A program made the translations under genes and the position numbers. Below are positions 1 through 17,215 of a stretch of DNA of 64,000 nucleotides, in pieces (positions within the stretch are counted from its first letter, which is position 1; the number at the start of each line of letters is the position of its first letter). Source of the stretch: the human T2T-CHM13v2.0 reference genome, Homo sapiens; the NCBI RefSeq assembly GCF_009914755.1, contig NC_060926.1; one strand, given 5' to 3'. The notes under the pieces were generated by a model. The model saw only the letters and a list, made by a program, of their open reading frames with translations. It did not search any database and had not been told where the DNA came from.

Positions 1-2786
<2,786 letters not shown>

Positions 2787-3871
2787 CATTTGTATATACC
2801 CCATTTTGTTCTGCAAAGGATTAAAGACACAATAAATGAACTATAACAAGTTAACAAACTAAAGATAAAGGCAAAGAATAGAGAAAAGAACCAAAAATGG
2901 TGCCAAGAAAAAGGCTAAAAATTGTATAATATAAAAACCTATTTACGGTATGGAGTGGGCCACAAATCTAGTTCTGGCTTTCTAGTAGCCATAACAAAAA
3001 GGAAAACCCAGGCAATCTAAGAGATACACAGAGAAGTACTCAGAAGGGGAGCTACCTTGGTAGTTAAACCAAACAGTAATTTCGTATAGCAAAAAGAACC
3101 CCATAGAATGATCAAAATATAGGAGACACATAACCACCAGTCTTCAAAGGGTTAGATGTTTCTCATATTGTCCCTCAGGAGAGACCTATGACACCTTACC
3201 AAAGCCCAATGTGGCAAAATTGATTTTACAAAGACAAGACACAAGCTTTAAGAGCTCTTTATTCTTTTACTCAGTTTCTTCCTTCATTGCCTCCCTAATC
3301 AGATTATAAACTCCTTGAAAACAGAACCATGTTTTCTAATTCTTATATATAGCTCCAAAGTATTTTGTATTCTGCAGAAAAGATGCAACGTCAGTGAGAA
3401 TTTACACAGTGCAATTCAAGACTTTTCTGATAAAAATTATCTAACCTAAACTCAGTAATTCCCACTTCTACTACAAAAACATGCTAACTGAAGCCCCAAT
3501 AGATAGAATTCCTAAACTTTCTAAACTATTACTGAATCACAATTCATGACCTCTCAAAAGCATTTTGTTTCATACATCCCTAGCACAAAGCATGCAAGGA
3601 TACCAAATCAATATCACTGAACCTGATCAAATAAAATGAAACTCATAAGCAAAAGCTCTGGCAATACCCACTAAAGGAAAGACAATATTACTATCTTTCA
3701 AGAATATAATCAATAGGTCTTTACAAACCAATTGACAAAGGCAGGTTCATTTTCTAAATGATTCTGCAAATCTACTAGAAGGCAATTAAATTATAACGCA
3801 GATTACTTCTTTCCAAGAATGTGCAGTTTCTGCATATGCCAAGCTGCTGAAGAACTGTACTTCTCAGCTCT

Positions 3872-3918
3872 CACACACACATGCACACGCACGTGCATGC
3901 ATGCACACACACACACAC
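3872..3918. repeat. (CA)n/(CACG/CATG) alternating purine-pyrimidine microsatellite
   Basis: cacacacacatgcacacgcacgtgcatgcatgcacacacacacacac. Confidence 0.9.
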
Positions 3919-4299
3919 CACTATCAAACCAGCTCTGACCACTAACTTACAATTTACTTCTGTGCTTTACCTGGTCAAACTGAAAATGAAATTAGGAGTA
4001 GGTAATAAATTATTTAGATAAGGTGATTATGGGAAAATGAAGTATCATCTTAAATTACTACTCTTAAGCACTGGCATTGGGACACATTAACAATCCTCTA
4101 TTTGTATTTTATTAATGGAAGTCATTAATAAATAAGTAGTCTCATCCAACACTGGCTTAGTTCATTCATACACTTAGTATTTCAGTTTATAGTAGGTTCC
4201 CCCCTTGGTATTCCCTGTACATAGGGGCATGCCCTATCATCCCAGGAGTGAATACTTGTAATGAGCCAAAGAATATTCCCAGGACTGGGGGAGTCCACC

Positions 4300-4430
4300 A
4301 AGTAGACCTTGGAAAATCCAATTCCTGCACCTTTGTTTCTTTATCTATTAGAAAGGGAAATGGAAATCATCTCTATCTGATAGGATTATTGGAAAGATTA
4401 AATGAGATAAGGTTGTAAAGTGCCTAGTGT
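4300..4430 (+). mobile_element. MIR fragment
   Basis: ataggattattggaaagattaaatgagataaggttgtaaagtgcctag, MIR 3' core motif. Confidence 0.7.
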
Positions 4431-4441
4431 TAGTTCTCTAG

Positions 4442-4739
<298 letters not shown>

Positions 4740-5461
4740 TTAGTTCTCTAGCTTTTTTATAGGTAAGGAAAACAGAAGGATCTAAGCACTTAGGCGACTC
4801 ATCCACAGCCAATGGCTAATAAACATAGGACAGAACAAAACTTCTGACTTAGGGCTTAATGTTCTTTCCACCTCACCAAGCAGCCTTAAATTAATAGAAC
4901 TCAACATCTCAGGTTTGTCACTGTTGGGTATTCACTACATGCAAAGAAAAAAAAAATTGACTATTTTGAACATCTATTACATGCTAGAAACTAATGTCTT
5001 TCTTCATAACTGCCCTATAAGTGTTATCTCATGTTACTAAGAAATTAACTTGTCCACAGTCACAAGGCTAACAAGTGACAACACAAGATTCATCCAGATC
5101 TGTTTAGTCAATGATTTTACCTACCATCCTTCTTAAAGAGTGTATTTAGATACCATTGTCTACCAGAATCAAATCCCAAATGGCCTGTGAATTTTTATAG
5201 ATACTTGTGATTTATTAGTGGAAACTGTCCCTAGCTCCACCATCCTATCTACTTAAAAATTTGTTCCTATTAGGTTAAAACATAATTATAATAACTGTAG
5301 TAACAAATTTACATTTGTATAGCATGTTACAGTTCATTACATTTTTTTCATTTTTGTTAGATGCAACTACTGAGCCTTTTCATATATTAGCTCACATATC
5401 ATTTAATATTTCAAGACTCTTATGAGGTAGGAGTTATTGTCATTTGACAAATAAGAAAACG

Positions 5462-5757
<296 letters not shown>

Positions 5758-6745
5758 TCAGATCTCTCTCTGCCCCCACAGTTGTCAGATGATTTCTAGT
5801 AAACGTTTAAAGGGCAGATATTTTAAACTGTTCCAGAGCACAGAAAAAAGTGAAAAGTTTCCTAATCATTCTTAATCCTGACTTCATCTTGACACCGAAG
5901 CCAGGCATGGATAGCAAACTTAAATGAAAACATAATATTAGATTTATCCTTTGTAATTACAGATGGAAAAGTTTAACATATTTAAGTGAAAAACAAAGGA
6001 ATATGTGTAGTATAATCCCATTTGTAAAAGAAAAAACATTATGAAAAGAAACATGTCTGTATGTATGGTAAAATATGGAAATGTGTATTTATAGATAAAT
6101 ACACACATAAATGCAAAGATACAGGTTTGGAAATATAAACCTCAAACTGTCAACAGCAGTTTCTCCAAGATGGAAGTGGTCTTAGGAGTGAAGAAGGGGA
6201 AAAAGACAAAAAGTGAAGGGAGATTTTCAGCTTTTACTCTCTCTATATATATACACATACATACTATTCAAATTCTGAAACAGTGGGTTCTAGGATCGGC
6301 TATGCTATTAAGAAGCTGTTACTAGGTTGAATCACTCTGACTCTGTTTCCCCATTGGAAATGTGGAAAGCAGACCTACCTTATTATGACAGAAGAAAAGG
6401 AATTTATTTGAAAATGCGTAATAAAATCTGATGAATATGTGGCAGTGTTGCCACAACACCTTATGGTTTGTTATTGTTTGGTTTGATTTTTTTTATTTTT
6501 CCCTCACTTTGTCACTAATCAACCAGACATTCACAAACACAATTTAATTTCTGTATGCCTCATTGAGTGCAGGAAGTAGAGTCAGAAGACCTGAGTTTAC
6601 ACTCAGACCTTGCCTCTTATTAACTGTAAGGTTAAAAAAACAAGCAAATGATTAAACAACTTTGCACTTTAGTTTCCTGGCAGTAAAATAGGAATAAACC
6701 TACCTTACAGCATCATTTAAAACATTAAATGAGAAAATTATATAC

Positions 6746-7580
6746 AAATGGCCAATAAAAACATGATAAGATGAAATACAAATGAAAATCACAATGCGAT
6801 ATCACTTCACAGCCACTAGGATGGCTATCATCAAAAAGACAAACATTAACAAGTGTTGGCAAGGATGTGGAGAAAATGGAACCCTCATTGCTACATTGCT
6901 ATAACCCTACATTGCTAGAAGGAATGTAACCCTTCTAGCAATGTAGAAGGGTTACCCTAGAAAATGGAACCCTACATTGCTAGAAGGAATGTAAAACAGT
7001 GCAGCAGCTATGGAAAACAGTCAAGCAGTTCCTCAGAAAGTAAACAGAATTACCATATAACCCAGCAATTACACATCTAGGTATACATCCAAGAAAATTG
7101 AAAGCATATATACCATACAAAAACTTGTAAATGAGTATCCACAACATTATTTATTATGGCCAAAAAGTAGAAACAACCCAAATGCCCATCAGTTGAAGAT
7201 TGGATAAACAAAATGTGGCATAGCCATATAACAAAATAATATTCTGCCATAAAAGGAATGAAATATTGATACATGGTATAATATGAATAAACCCTGAAAG
7301 CATTATGTTAAGTGAAAGACACTAAAGGCCACATATTATGATTCTATTCACATGCAATGTCCAAAATAGGCAAATCCATAGAGACATAAAGTAAATTAGT
7401 GGTTGTCAAATATGGGGAAGGGGGAATAGTAACAAAAGCTACCAGGTACAAGGTTCTTTTTAGGGTAATAACGTTCTTGGATTAGTGCCGACATTTGCAT
7501 AATTTTGTGAATATATTAAAACTACTGAATTGCATACTTTAAAAAAGTGAATTCTATGGCATATGAATTATATCTCAAAG
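6746..7580 (+). mobile_element. L1M (L1MB/MC-like) ORF2 end and 3' UTR
   Basis: caaatggccaataaaaacatga, aacaagtgttggcaaggatgtggagaaa, aaaataggcaaatccatagagac, gaattatatctcaa motifs. Confidence 0.85.
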
Positions 7581-7609
7581 AAAACTATTATAAAAATTTA
7601 AGTCTCTGC

Positions 7610-7678
7610 TTTTTTTTCTTTTGAGACAAAGTCTGGCTGTCACCCAGGATGGAATGCAGTGGTCCAATCATGGCTCAC
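7610..7678 (-). mobile_element. Short Alu 3' fragment
   Basis: T tract followed by gagacaaagtctggctgtcacccaggatggaatgcagtgg. Confidence 0.8.
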
Positions 7679-9710
7679 TTCTCTGCTTGCTACTTTTTAT
7701 TAGTAAATATTCTACTTTCCTCAAGAGGTTGCTCATGTTGCTTGTAACAGCTTTAAAAGATCTTTGAAGTTAGCTACTATACAGATGAATGGTATTTTTA
7801 GTAAAGTAAAACTACTATAACAGAGAAACTTTCTAAAAATCGGATTAGTTTGGTACAATTTCATTTTTTCAAAAGAAATGTCATTAATACCAAGTTCATT
7901 TTTAGAGAGTGGAAAAGCTTCAACAAGTCCTTATAAAAATACATTTTTTAAAAAGGTCAAAATGCAATACTTTGTTTTCTTAATTATTGGACATTTCATT
8001 TTCAGATATATCATTAGTAGATTACCTGTTTAAAATGTCATTAAATGCCTAGCAATGAATTAAAACCCAAGTAGATGCAACTTTGTGACCTCTACTTACA
8101 ACTTTCTACATTCTGCATTCTGTTGTCAGATTCCTAGTCCATCACTAGCTCCTAATCTCTTACATCAATTATTCCATTCAATTCTTATTCACAGGGGCTA
8201 AAATGTTTGGTAAATGCAATCAATTCATTTTTCTAATGCTGGGGAAAAACTAGAGTGGGCCCAATTTTTAAGGTTAAATTTAGTCCAGAATGTTTGAATA
8301 AATATTCAACAAAACGATTTCCTGGAATTTGGAACATAAAAACAGCCTATAGAGTTGTGAAATGCTTTCTAGGTCCTTGGGGAATTTTTTCACGTATTTA
8401 GTCATGGGGCAAAGTATTACGTATAAAAGCTTCCTGGTCCTAGAACAAAGACGTATTTTACTGCTCAAAGCTAAAGGAATTAGTATTGTTAAACTAAAAT
8501 AGCATACCAATGAAACCAGCTAGGTATTGGCATAACTTAACCAAGGTATGTAACCAAAGATAAATTGTACCTTATTATGCATTCTTCCTTGGGAGGAAAA
8601 ATTCTCACATTAATAAGATTTAGCCAGCCAAAACAGAAAAAGTATATAGATATATGTGTGTCTGTGTATGTAGGTATGTATAAGGATTAGGATTTTGAGT
8701 GGCAATTTAAATTTGACGGTTTGCCAAGCTATGCTGGGATACATAGTGGGCATGCTTGACACAAGCAAAACGTGAAGTAAGAGACGACCTGTCAAACAGC
8801 TGCTATCTAGTTACTCCCTCGGCAGCACTCCCAACTTCTCCCGCGATGTCTGTGTGTAAGAGAAAGATGTCAAAGCACCAAGAAAACCACGGGGGCTGTC
8901 AGAGCAACAGCCAAGTCCAAACCGTGCATCCCAGGGTGAAATCCCACCCGTACCCTCAAGAGCTGGTCAGACTGCGGCTCTTTTCTAATATGAGTCTACC
9001 TAAAATAGAAAAATAAACACAACCACAGACCCTGGCCAACCCTCTCTCTCCTCCCCTTTGTGACTCTCCCAAACGCTGGAGGGATGTTAACCTCTGGCAG
9101 GCCCGTGGAAGCCAAGCCCCGCGACCTGAGGAGGCGTCCAGGAGCCTCGGCGCAGCCCTGGGGCCTCGAGCCCGTGTCCTCCACCCACCCGACAGGGCCG
9201 GTCACCGGTCACACAAAGGAGCCAGTCGCGGGCGCTGGACGCGGGACTCGCCCGAGAGCAGGGAGCCACATCTGGTTCCTGCACGCTGGCAAAAGAGACC
9301 CGCTGGAAAATAAGGACTAACGCCCAAACCTGTTGCACAATTCGGGTCCCTTTCACCCAGAAATGAACAAGGGCGCTCAGGAACGGAAAAGCGCGCGGCC
9401 CGGTCTCTGCGGGCCGCGGCCGCACCCGGCAGACGGCGCGGAGGCAAAGGCGGCCCGCAGGGCTCCCACCTCCGGCGCTTTGTCTGTGGCGGCAAGGCGG
9501 TGGGGGCGGTCGGGGCGTTGGGAGCAGAGGCGGTGGCGGGGCGGGGGCGCCCCTCCTTCACTGCGTAGCCCCTCCGCCCCGCGGCCCGCGCAGGGGAAGA
9601 AAGCCGGGCCCGCTACCGCCGCCGCCGCCGACTGCACCGGCCCAAGCCGGCCACCCGGCCGCGGGGCCTGCGCGCTTCTCCCGCCCGGGCCGAGCGGCGG
9701 CCACACTCAC

Positions 9711-9890
9711 CTGGCTGGCGCTGACGCTAGCGGCCGGCGGCTCCGGGGCGTTGGGGAAGACAGGGGAACGCTAGCGAGGTGCGGGCGGAGGCGGAGGGCG
9801 CGGCGGGAGGAAGGCGGGCTGGGGGCGGAGCGGGCCCGGGCGGCGGCGGCAGCAGCGGCGACGGCTGCGGCTCCAGTCACTCGCGGCAAA
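9711..9890 (-). other. Non-coding first exon (5' UTR) of an unidentified minus-strand gene; TSS approximate; intron 1 extends past position 1
   Basis: Plus strand ACTCAC|CTG at 9705-9713 equals consensus donor CAG|GTGAGT on minus; lies in the CpG island downstream of GC boxes; no minus-strand ATG in the exon. Confidence 0.75.
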
Positions 9891-10046
9891 TCGCGTCCCG
9901 GCCCCTCCGTGCGTCAGGCGGGGAGCGGGGGTGCGGGTGGCCCGGCGACCTCTCGGCACCCGCGGCCCGAGCCGCGTCCGCGCGACCCCGCGCGCGCCCG
10001 GGTGACGGCGGTACAGCAACCCGCCCGGCGCGGGAAGGAGGAAGGA

Positions 10047-10065
10047 GGCGGGGCGGGGCGGGGCG
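10047..10065. promoter_or_regulatory. Tandem overlapping Sp/KLF GC boxes
   Basis: GGCGGGGCGGGGCGGGGCG about 150-170 bp upstream of the inferred minus-strand TSS. Confidence 0.75.
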
Positions 10066-10479
10066 TCCAACCGGGCCTGGGGCTGAGGGCTGGGCGCGAG
10101 TGGGACTCTGGCGCTCCGGACGGACCCTGCCGTCCCCACCCCTAGCCGAGGCCCAGGCTCCCCAGGCGGGAGGCAGTCTTGGAGAGTGGAAGGGTACCTA
10201 GATCTGGAGTCAGAAGTCTGGGCTTAAGAGAGGGTCCGTTACTTGACACCCTGGCAGGTCATTTATTTCCTCTGGCCTCATGCTGGAGTTCGAAGGTTCG
10301 AGTACAAAGTCTCCAAGAGCTGCTCCCAAGTACTCACTGCCAAGCGGTGGTGTGGCTGAAGGATGAAGGCAGATGAAAGGGAAAGGGTTGCGGTGAGGAA
10401 GGGCTGGATTCAGGGCATTTGTTTTGCTTTGAGGATCTTTCCACTGGACAGTCCAAAATTAATCCACAATGGGGCTCCC

Positions 10480-11510
10480 TGATAATGGCTACTTCCCCAT
10501 TTTTACCAACCTAGTTATTTTTCTCCAAGTATACTGACTTAAGAGTCCTTGTTTTCATTTTATTGCGCAAATCATTTGTATGTCATTTCCTGAATTCAGT
10601 TCAAAAGAGTCATCAGCAAATTCACACCAGATCAGAGCAGCTGTGTGGTCCCAATTTCAAGACTTCCATATTATTCACTCAGCCACTCACTTCAGTATCA
10701 CCTAATTCCGTTGATAAAATCTTCCTATTCCAACAACTAAGCAACCAAATTTCTCTCCACTAAAGTTTTCTGACTTAAAATCCCGTGGATTAATTCTTCC
10801 TCTTAATTCTGTGAATATCAGTCTGTCTCCATGACTTCCACCTCTTTGCCACTCTAGGTCAAGCCTTTAACTTCACTGCTGCTTCAGTTCCATATAACTG
10901 CCAGAGAGAATGCTCCAAAAAGACAGAGCTAAGCATGAAACGTCCCTCTTTAAAATCATTCAAAGTCTCTCCACCTGGTTGAATCAGGTTCAAACTCATT
11001 ACCATGGTTTACAAAGCCATTTAAAATCTGATCTATTGACCTCCTTGGCTCCAGCTTCAACTCCTAATATATCTACGTATCACACAAATTCAACAGACTT
11101 TGTCTTTGTGCCCTTGTAGTTTTCCCCCACCTGAAATCCATCCCTCATTTAACCAGTTGAACTCCTATTGTCCTTCAAGATAATGAAGATAATGCATCCC
11201 TTCCTCCTTGGAATCTTCCCTGACATCATCTCCTTTCACCACATCTGTATCCTTACCCCACACATTTACAATGAATTAAATACTCTTTTTCTCTCTGCTT
11301 TCATAAAATCGTCTATCTACAGTATTCCCTATGATAATCTTTAATACTTGCTTTTTTCCTGTTGCTTTGCTTGGTGGCCTTTTCTTCCTAGACTGTGTGT
11401 TCCTTAAAAGGACAGGGATTTTGTCTAGTTCATTTTTTTTGCTCCCCAGAACATAGCACAGTGCTCAGCACAAAAAAGGTTCTCTTTAACTGTTTGCTGA
11501 AGCGTTGAAA
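10480..11510. mobile_element. Old L2 fragments
   Basis: Decayed L2 3' motifs (ccctctttaaaatcattcaaagtctc; ctagactgtgtgttccttaaaaggacagggattttgtc; cccagaacatagcacagtgct). Confidence 0.65.
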
Positions 11511-12149
11511 TAATTTTCCATCCCAACAAATAGATGTTGAGCATCTACTCAACGAAAAGAAAATACAGGGAAGTCCACAGTCCCAGCCTTTTTTAGCCTT
11601 CCGTGGTATTCTGTTTTTCCCTTCTCTACTATGTGGCATTCTCTGCTTATCATTTTAAACTCTCTCCAACTACCATTCACATTCTTTGCTTATCCTAGTA
11701 AAACAAGAGCATGCCAAGCAATCCATTATAATAATTCACAAAATATCCCTGCCCTTCCTCTTTACATACTTCTGGTTCCACATTGTATTACCTAGGTGTT
11801 AGATAAGAGGTAACTGCTATAATGGAAAAAACATTAAACTATAAATTCAGAGAATGAAATTTGGATGCTACGTTTTCCAATAACTACTGAATGAACTTAG
11901 CTCAATCACTTATAGTCATGAGGCTTTACTTCTGGAGTTTCTTTGGCTCTATGATTAGCATTTGTTTTTAATATTTTATTATAAAAGTAAATATATATAT
12001 GCTAGATCCTTGCAATGTAGCTATCCAGCATATGTTTGAACTCCAAGTGATAGGAAACCATTCATGACCTCACAACAGTTTTCATTTTTAAACAGTCCTG
12101 CTAGTTTCTATGTTCAACTAAAATCTGTCTCTGTATACATTTGGTAAGT

Positions 12150-12390
12150 AGCTACAGTATTGGTAGAAACACCACTGGACTTAGACTCCAAAGAAGTTGG
12201 TCAAATCCTGGGCTTATAACTTCCTAATTGTGTGACCTTAGAAAAGCACAAAACTGCTCCAAGTATGAGTTTGCTCCATTCTAAAAGGAGAAAATGATAA
12301 TAATAGCACCTTAAATCATTATTGTAAATATGAATGCAATGCGTATGAATGTGTCCAGTGAGTCTGAACCTAGTACTAACATTGTTTAAT
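12150..12390 (+). mobile_element. MIR
   Basis: tcaaatcctgggcttataacttcctaattgtgtgaccttagaaaag core. Confidence 0.7.
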
Positions 12391-12479
12391 ACAGAACAGC
12401 ATGGTTCCCCCCCATATGCAGCCTTGTAAACATTTGAAGTCAGCAGTCACAATGTGTGCCTTCTCCACCCACTTTTTAT

Positions 12480-12850
12480 TCACATCTCATTCGTCTCCAT
12501 ACGCATTTATCTAAACATTCTCCAGTGTCTCTTAAAATGTGGCACCTAGAACTGAATACAATATTCCAAGTATAAAGGAAGGAGTAGAGGAGTACAATTT
12601 TCTGCATCCTAATGAAGATATTTCAAAATTCAGTTTGATATCACATTATTTTTCTACCACCCCATACCGTTCATAAATATCATGTTATTGCCAACTAAAA
12701 ACAAGCAAAAATTACCCCCAAATCTTTTTTAAGTCTTTAACATATATACAGCTATAAAACCATATCTTCTCCAACCTGTATTTTGCAATTTGTTTTTGGA
12801 AACTGTGCAGATCTTTGCATTTATTCCTCTTAAATATCACTTTGGAAGTT
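12480..12850. mobile_element. CR1/L3-like fragment
   Basis: cctagaactgaatacaatattccaagt and gcagatctttgcatttattcctcttaaat resemble L3 motifs. Confidence 0.45.
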
Positions 12851-12898
12851 ATGTACAGAAGCCCCTGCCAACTAGAAATCAATGTGAAGTGAGAGTAA

Positions 12899-13312
<414 letters not shown>

Positions 13313-13314
13313 TA

Positions 13315-13445
13315 ATTTATTTATTTTTAAGAGATGAGGTCTTCCTGTATTGACAAGGCTGGTCTCAAACACGAGGCCTCAAGCGATTCTCCCACCTTAG
13401 CCTCCCGAGTAGCTGGAACTACGGGAGTGAGCTACCATACCAGCA
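13315..13445 (-). mobile_element. FLAM/Alu monomer
   Basis: gagatgaggtcttcctgtattgacaaggctggtctcaaac...gtgagctaccatac. Confidence 0.8.
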
Positions 13446-14029
13446 AGCTTTTTTTTTTTAAGCCACATTTGAATGTCATCTAAAATTAGATAACTTCCCA
13501 TACTCATCTTGTTTTATTTATATCATAAATTAATAGTGAAAATGCCTTCTATGAGTGTGTTCCATACATTGTTTGCTTGAACCACTGAAGAATTCTCAGT
13601 CTGTCTCAAACTGGTATTGTTACTGCCAATTTCCTGAAACTCAGCTCGGTTAGGTAATTTGCTACACAGTCATCCTGCACCAAAGTTGGCTTGGAGAAAC
13701 TGCCCCTCCTCCAGCCCTTGCTGAAGGGTGGCCCCAGGCAATATACTCTTTTGTGTTGTCTGTGTAATCCCTGAATCACTGTTGATTGCCCCTGGGTGGG
13801 CACTGACCTAGACACAGGCAAGTCATACTCATTCAAAAAATGACCTGGGGGGAAAAAAATCAGTCCAAAAAAAAAAAAACCCTGATCCAATCAGGCAATC
13901 AATTGAGGAAGCTGAAATCCAGAAGGACTCACAGAGGGTGTTCATGGGCAGGAAGGGCCCTGGCAGATCACCAGTAAGCAGAAGCTAATGTCTACCAAAC
14001 AATGACTGAGCAGAAAATATCCATTCATA

Positions 14030-14330
14030 TATTCATTCAACAAGTATTGATTAAGCATCTCCTGTGATTTAGGTGCTGGGGATAGAGTTGGGACAAAATA
14101 CACAAAAATTCTGCCTCATGAATCTTGCATTCTGGTGGGTGGGACAGGCAATAAACACAAAATAAGTAAATTAAATCGTGTATTAGGTGATAAGTGCTGG
14201 ATAAAAATAATGCAGGGAAGGGGACTAGAGAGTGCTGGGGTTTGGGGTGCAATTTTTACTATCAGAGAAGGCCTTGCTAAGAAGGTGAAGTCACAGATAA
14301 GGCTTGAAGGATCCAAGGTAGTGAGGCTGT
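14030..14330 (-). mobile_element. L2 3' fragment
   Basis: attcattcaacaagtattgattaagcatctcctgtg is the reverse complement of the L2 tail. Confidence 0.75.
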
Positions 14331-14677
14331 GAAAAAAAGGTAGGGGAGAAGCTGAGGGAGCCAGATAGTGGCCGGGTCATCACGCAGCAGGCACCAGGAT
14401 AAGGAGCCACAACATCAAACTATACACAGAGCAGGACATTGACAATCTAGCTGGGAGCTTTTCCCCCGGTCAACTAGACCAGAAACTTTGTAGATGGGAC
14501 CTCAAAAGTCTGTATTTTCAAACACTCCTGAGATGATTAGGACATTCCACCAGGATGAGAATCCCTGCTCTTAAAAAAAGACTGCAAACTCTCACTGATG
14601 CCTTGGGTTCTGAACACCCGTTAAATTCTGTCTTCCAGAATGCACAATTTAATTTGCATTCCTCTCCTCTTAGGGTC

Positions 14678-15039
14678 TATATTAGTCCATTCTCACACTG
14701 CTATATAGATAATACCTGAGACTGGGTAATTTATAAACAAAGGAGGTTTAATTGACTCACAGTTCCACATGGCTGTGGTGGTCTCAGGAAACTTATAATC
14801 GCAGGGGAAGGGGAAGCAGCCACGTCTTACATGGTGTCAGGCAAGAGAAGAGTGAGCGTGTGTGAGTGCAGGAAAACCTACCATTTATAAAACCATCAAA
14901 TCTCATGAGCATTCACTCACTATCACAAGAACAGCATGGGGGAAACCACGCCCATAATCCAATCACTTCACTCCCTCAACATGTGGGGATTACAATTCCA
15001 GATGAGATTTGGGTGGGGACACAGAGCCAAACTATATCA
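14678..15039 (-). mobile_element. THE1D/MSTA-type MaLR solo LTR
   Basis: tattagtccattctcacactgctat...gggtggggacacagagccaaactatatca; 5-bp TSD GGGTC at 14673-14677 and 15040-15044. Confidence 0.92.
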
Positions 15040-15607
15040 GGGTCTTTGATTGTTCAACTTTTCTGTTGTTCATGGAACACTTGATTTCATGGCTGAGATT
15101 TCATAGGTATTCTTTATAAACTAAATGAAAAGAAACCAACACCCTAATCCCCAAAGTAACATGGTTGAGTTCTATATCTTGCAACCGCAATCACCTAACA
15201 TACCAAAGTCACAAAGCCTTGAGATGGTGATGCCAAAACTGTAGCATCCCATAACTCATATCTTTAGGGGCAAAACTGAAATTTGGGGCTATCTCTTTAA
15301 CACTTCAAAATAAATTTTTGAAAATTGTTGACATATTATATAAAGGTATATAACATTTATTTTAATAATGTACATTTAATTAATCTGAGTGTCCAATTTA
15401 TCAGTTTTGACTGGTTTGACATTTTAATTCCCAGCTCAAAATTTCTCTCTTTCACTGAGGCCGTTAAAAAGATCTTATGTTTCCTAAAAAAAAAAAAAAA
15501 CTTTCATGATTCTGAAATTATACAAATGATATTTTTAAGTATTTTTGTTTAGTTTTAGTCTCCTGTTAGTTCATTATCTAGGCCAGTGTATTCTGAATCC
15601 TTTAGGT

Positions 15608-15946
15608 CAGCCGTCCCCAACCTTATTGGCTCCAGGGACCAGATTCATGGAAGACAATTTTTTTCCATGGGATGAGGGGATGGGGGATGGTTGTGAGATG
15701 AAACTGTTCCACCTCATATCATCAGGCACTAGATTCCCGTTGGAGTGTGCAACCTAGATCGCTCGCATGTGCAGTTCACAATAGGGTTCGTGCTCCTCTG
15801 AGAATCTGATGCCACCACTGATCTGACCAGAGGCAGAGCTCAGGGGGTAATGCTTGCTGGCCAGCCACTCACCTCCTGCTGTGCACCCGGTTCCTAACAA
15901 GCCACGGACCAGTACCTGTCCACAGCCCAGGGGTTGGGAACCCTTG
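15608..15946 (+). mobile_element. MER1B (hAT-Charlie non-autonomous element)
   Basis: cagccgtccccaacctt...ggggttgggaacccttg TIRs; 8-bp TSD CTTTAGGT/CTTTAGGC. Confidence 0.9.
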
Positions 15947-16709
15947 CTTTAGGCAATAGAACCTTTTCTAAGACCAAGAGAGTTTGCATTCACTTGGGTC
16001 AGGTGGCTTTCTTCCCCCCGATCACACTTTCAAGAAATGTTTTTGGTAAACTGTCCAAAGGGAAAAATAAAGAGCAGTGTTTGATCTTTTTTGTAAAATC
16101 AGCAAAACTTTTTTTTAACAAAACTGATTTTCTTTTCTAGTTGTAAAATTAGGATCTTAAAACTGGAAGACACCCATCTATTTCATCCTCTTCTCCCTGA
16201 GACTCAGAGAAGTTAAGCAAGATACCCAGCCCTAGAGTTAGTTAACAAAATATCAAACACTATAATTCAGGCCTCTTGACTACTTGTTGATATAAGCCTT
16301 GGAAAATATTAGAATATTTGCAGTATTATCTGTATGTGTGTGGTACATAGATGTGGTGCATAATTTAGGCAAAATACAAGTTTATGTCTTAAGCATTAAA
16401 TGTGCTTTAAAAGTATTGTGAATTATAGAAAATAAAATAGCATTTCAGACAAGGGAAAAGCTTCTAATTTCAGTGATCAATTTACTGTCACTCTTAATTA
16501 ATATGAACGTTGTGAGAGAGGTCAACAAAGGAGGCCAAGTGAAAAGCAAATTGTTCAGGCAAATCATTTTAAATGCTCCTGGCAATATACAATATATTAC
16601 ATAATGGAATACAGTAAACAGGCTATGCCAATTTTTATAGTTCTCTTCAATCAATTTTTTTTTCCATAAGAACCCTTAAATGCTACAATATATGCTCAAA
16701 TGAGCGTTC

Positions 16710-17215
16710 CTGAGTCAGAACTCTTTGGTTGCAAGTGCCAAAGCCAGTTTGAACTGGATTGAGGTGGAGGTATGATGGCTTTTCTGGATTAATACTGAGG
16801 TAACTCAGAGCATTGAGGAAGAATTGCATTTCTGGGGACCTCAGAGACCAGCATCAGAGGACCTAGCAAAGTTAGCATCTTTCTTTTTGCCCCTTCTATC
16901 AAATCCATTCCTCTCGGACTTGTCTTCAATCTGTCCAACAGGAAATCAGTCTGTTTTAGACTACAAGGAGCAGAGGCCCAAATAGCACTGGCTGTACATA
17001 CATCCCCCAGCTTGAATAGCTCATGCAGAAAAATATCAGGAATGGCTGATATTTAGTGTCAGGTGAAATTTCAAACACTGTGGCCAGTAGAACAAGATTG
17101 GCCTGGCATGTGGGGAGCTGGGTATCCTAACTGGCAGCTCTAATCTTGGGAGAAAGTTTATCCCAAAGAAGATGGGGCATTACCAAAGAAGGAGAGAAAG
17201 GGATACCAGGTAGAT
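16710..17215 (-). mobile_element. Old MLT1-type LTR
   Basis: gagtcagaactctttggttgcaagt terminal motif. Confidence 0.55.

Larger units (their letters stand above)
9100..10160. promoter_or_regulatory. CpG island promoter
   Basis: About 1 kb very GC-rich with dense CpG, in an otherwise AT-rich, CpG-depleted window. Confidence 0.95.

Noticed and set aside
9711-9890. Gene identity for the minus-strand first exon
   Set aside because: Considered loci with recognisable upstream neighbours (e.g. BTBD10-PTH, EVI5), but the expected coding sequence is absent; no symbol assigned. BLAT would settle it.
8996-10376. Cluster of overlapping ORFs up to 270 aa (e.g. 9333-10145) on both strands
   Set aside because: Ala/Gly/Pro/Arg-rich shadow ORFs expected from stop-poor CpG-island DNA; several lack ATG starts; no domain signal.
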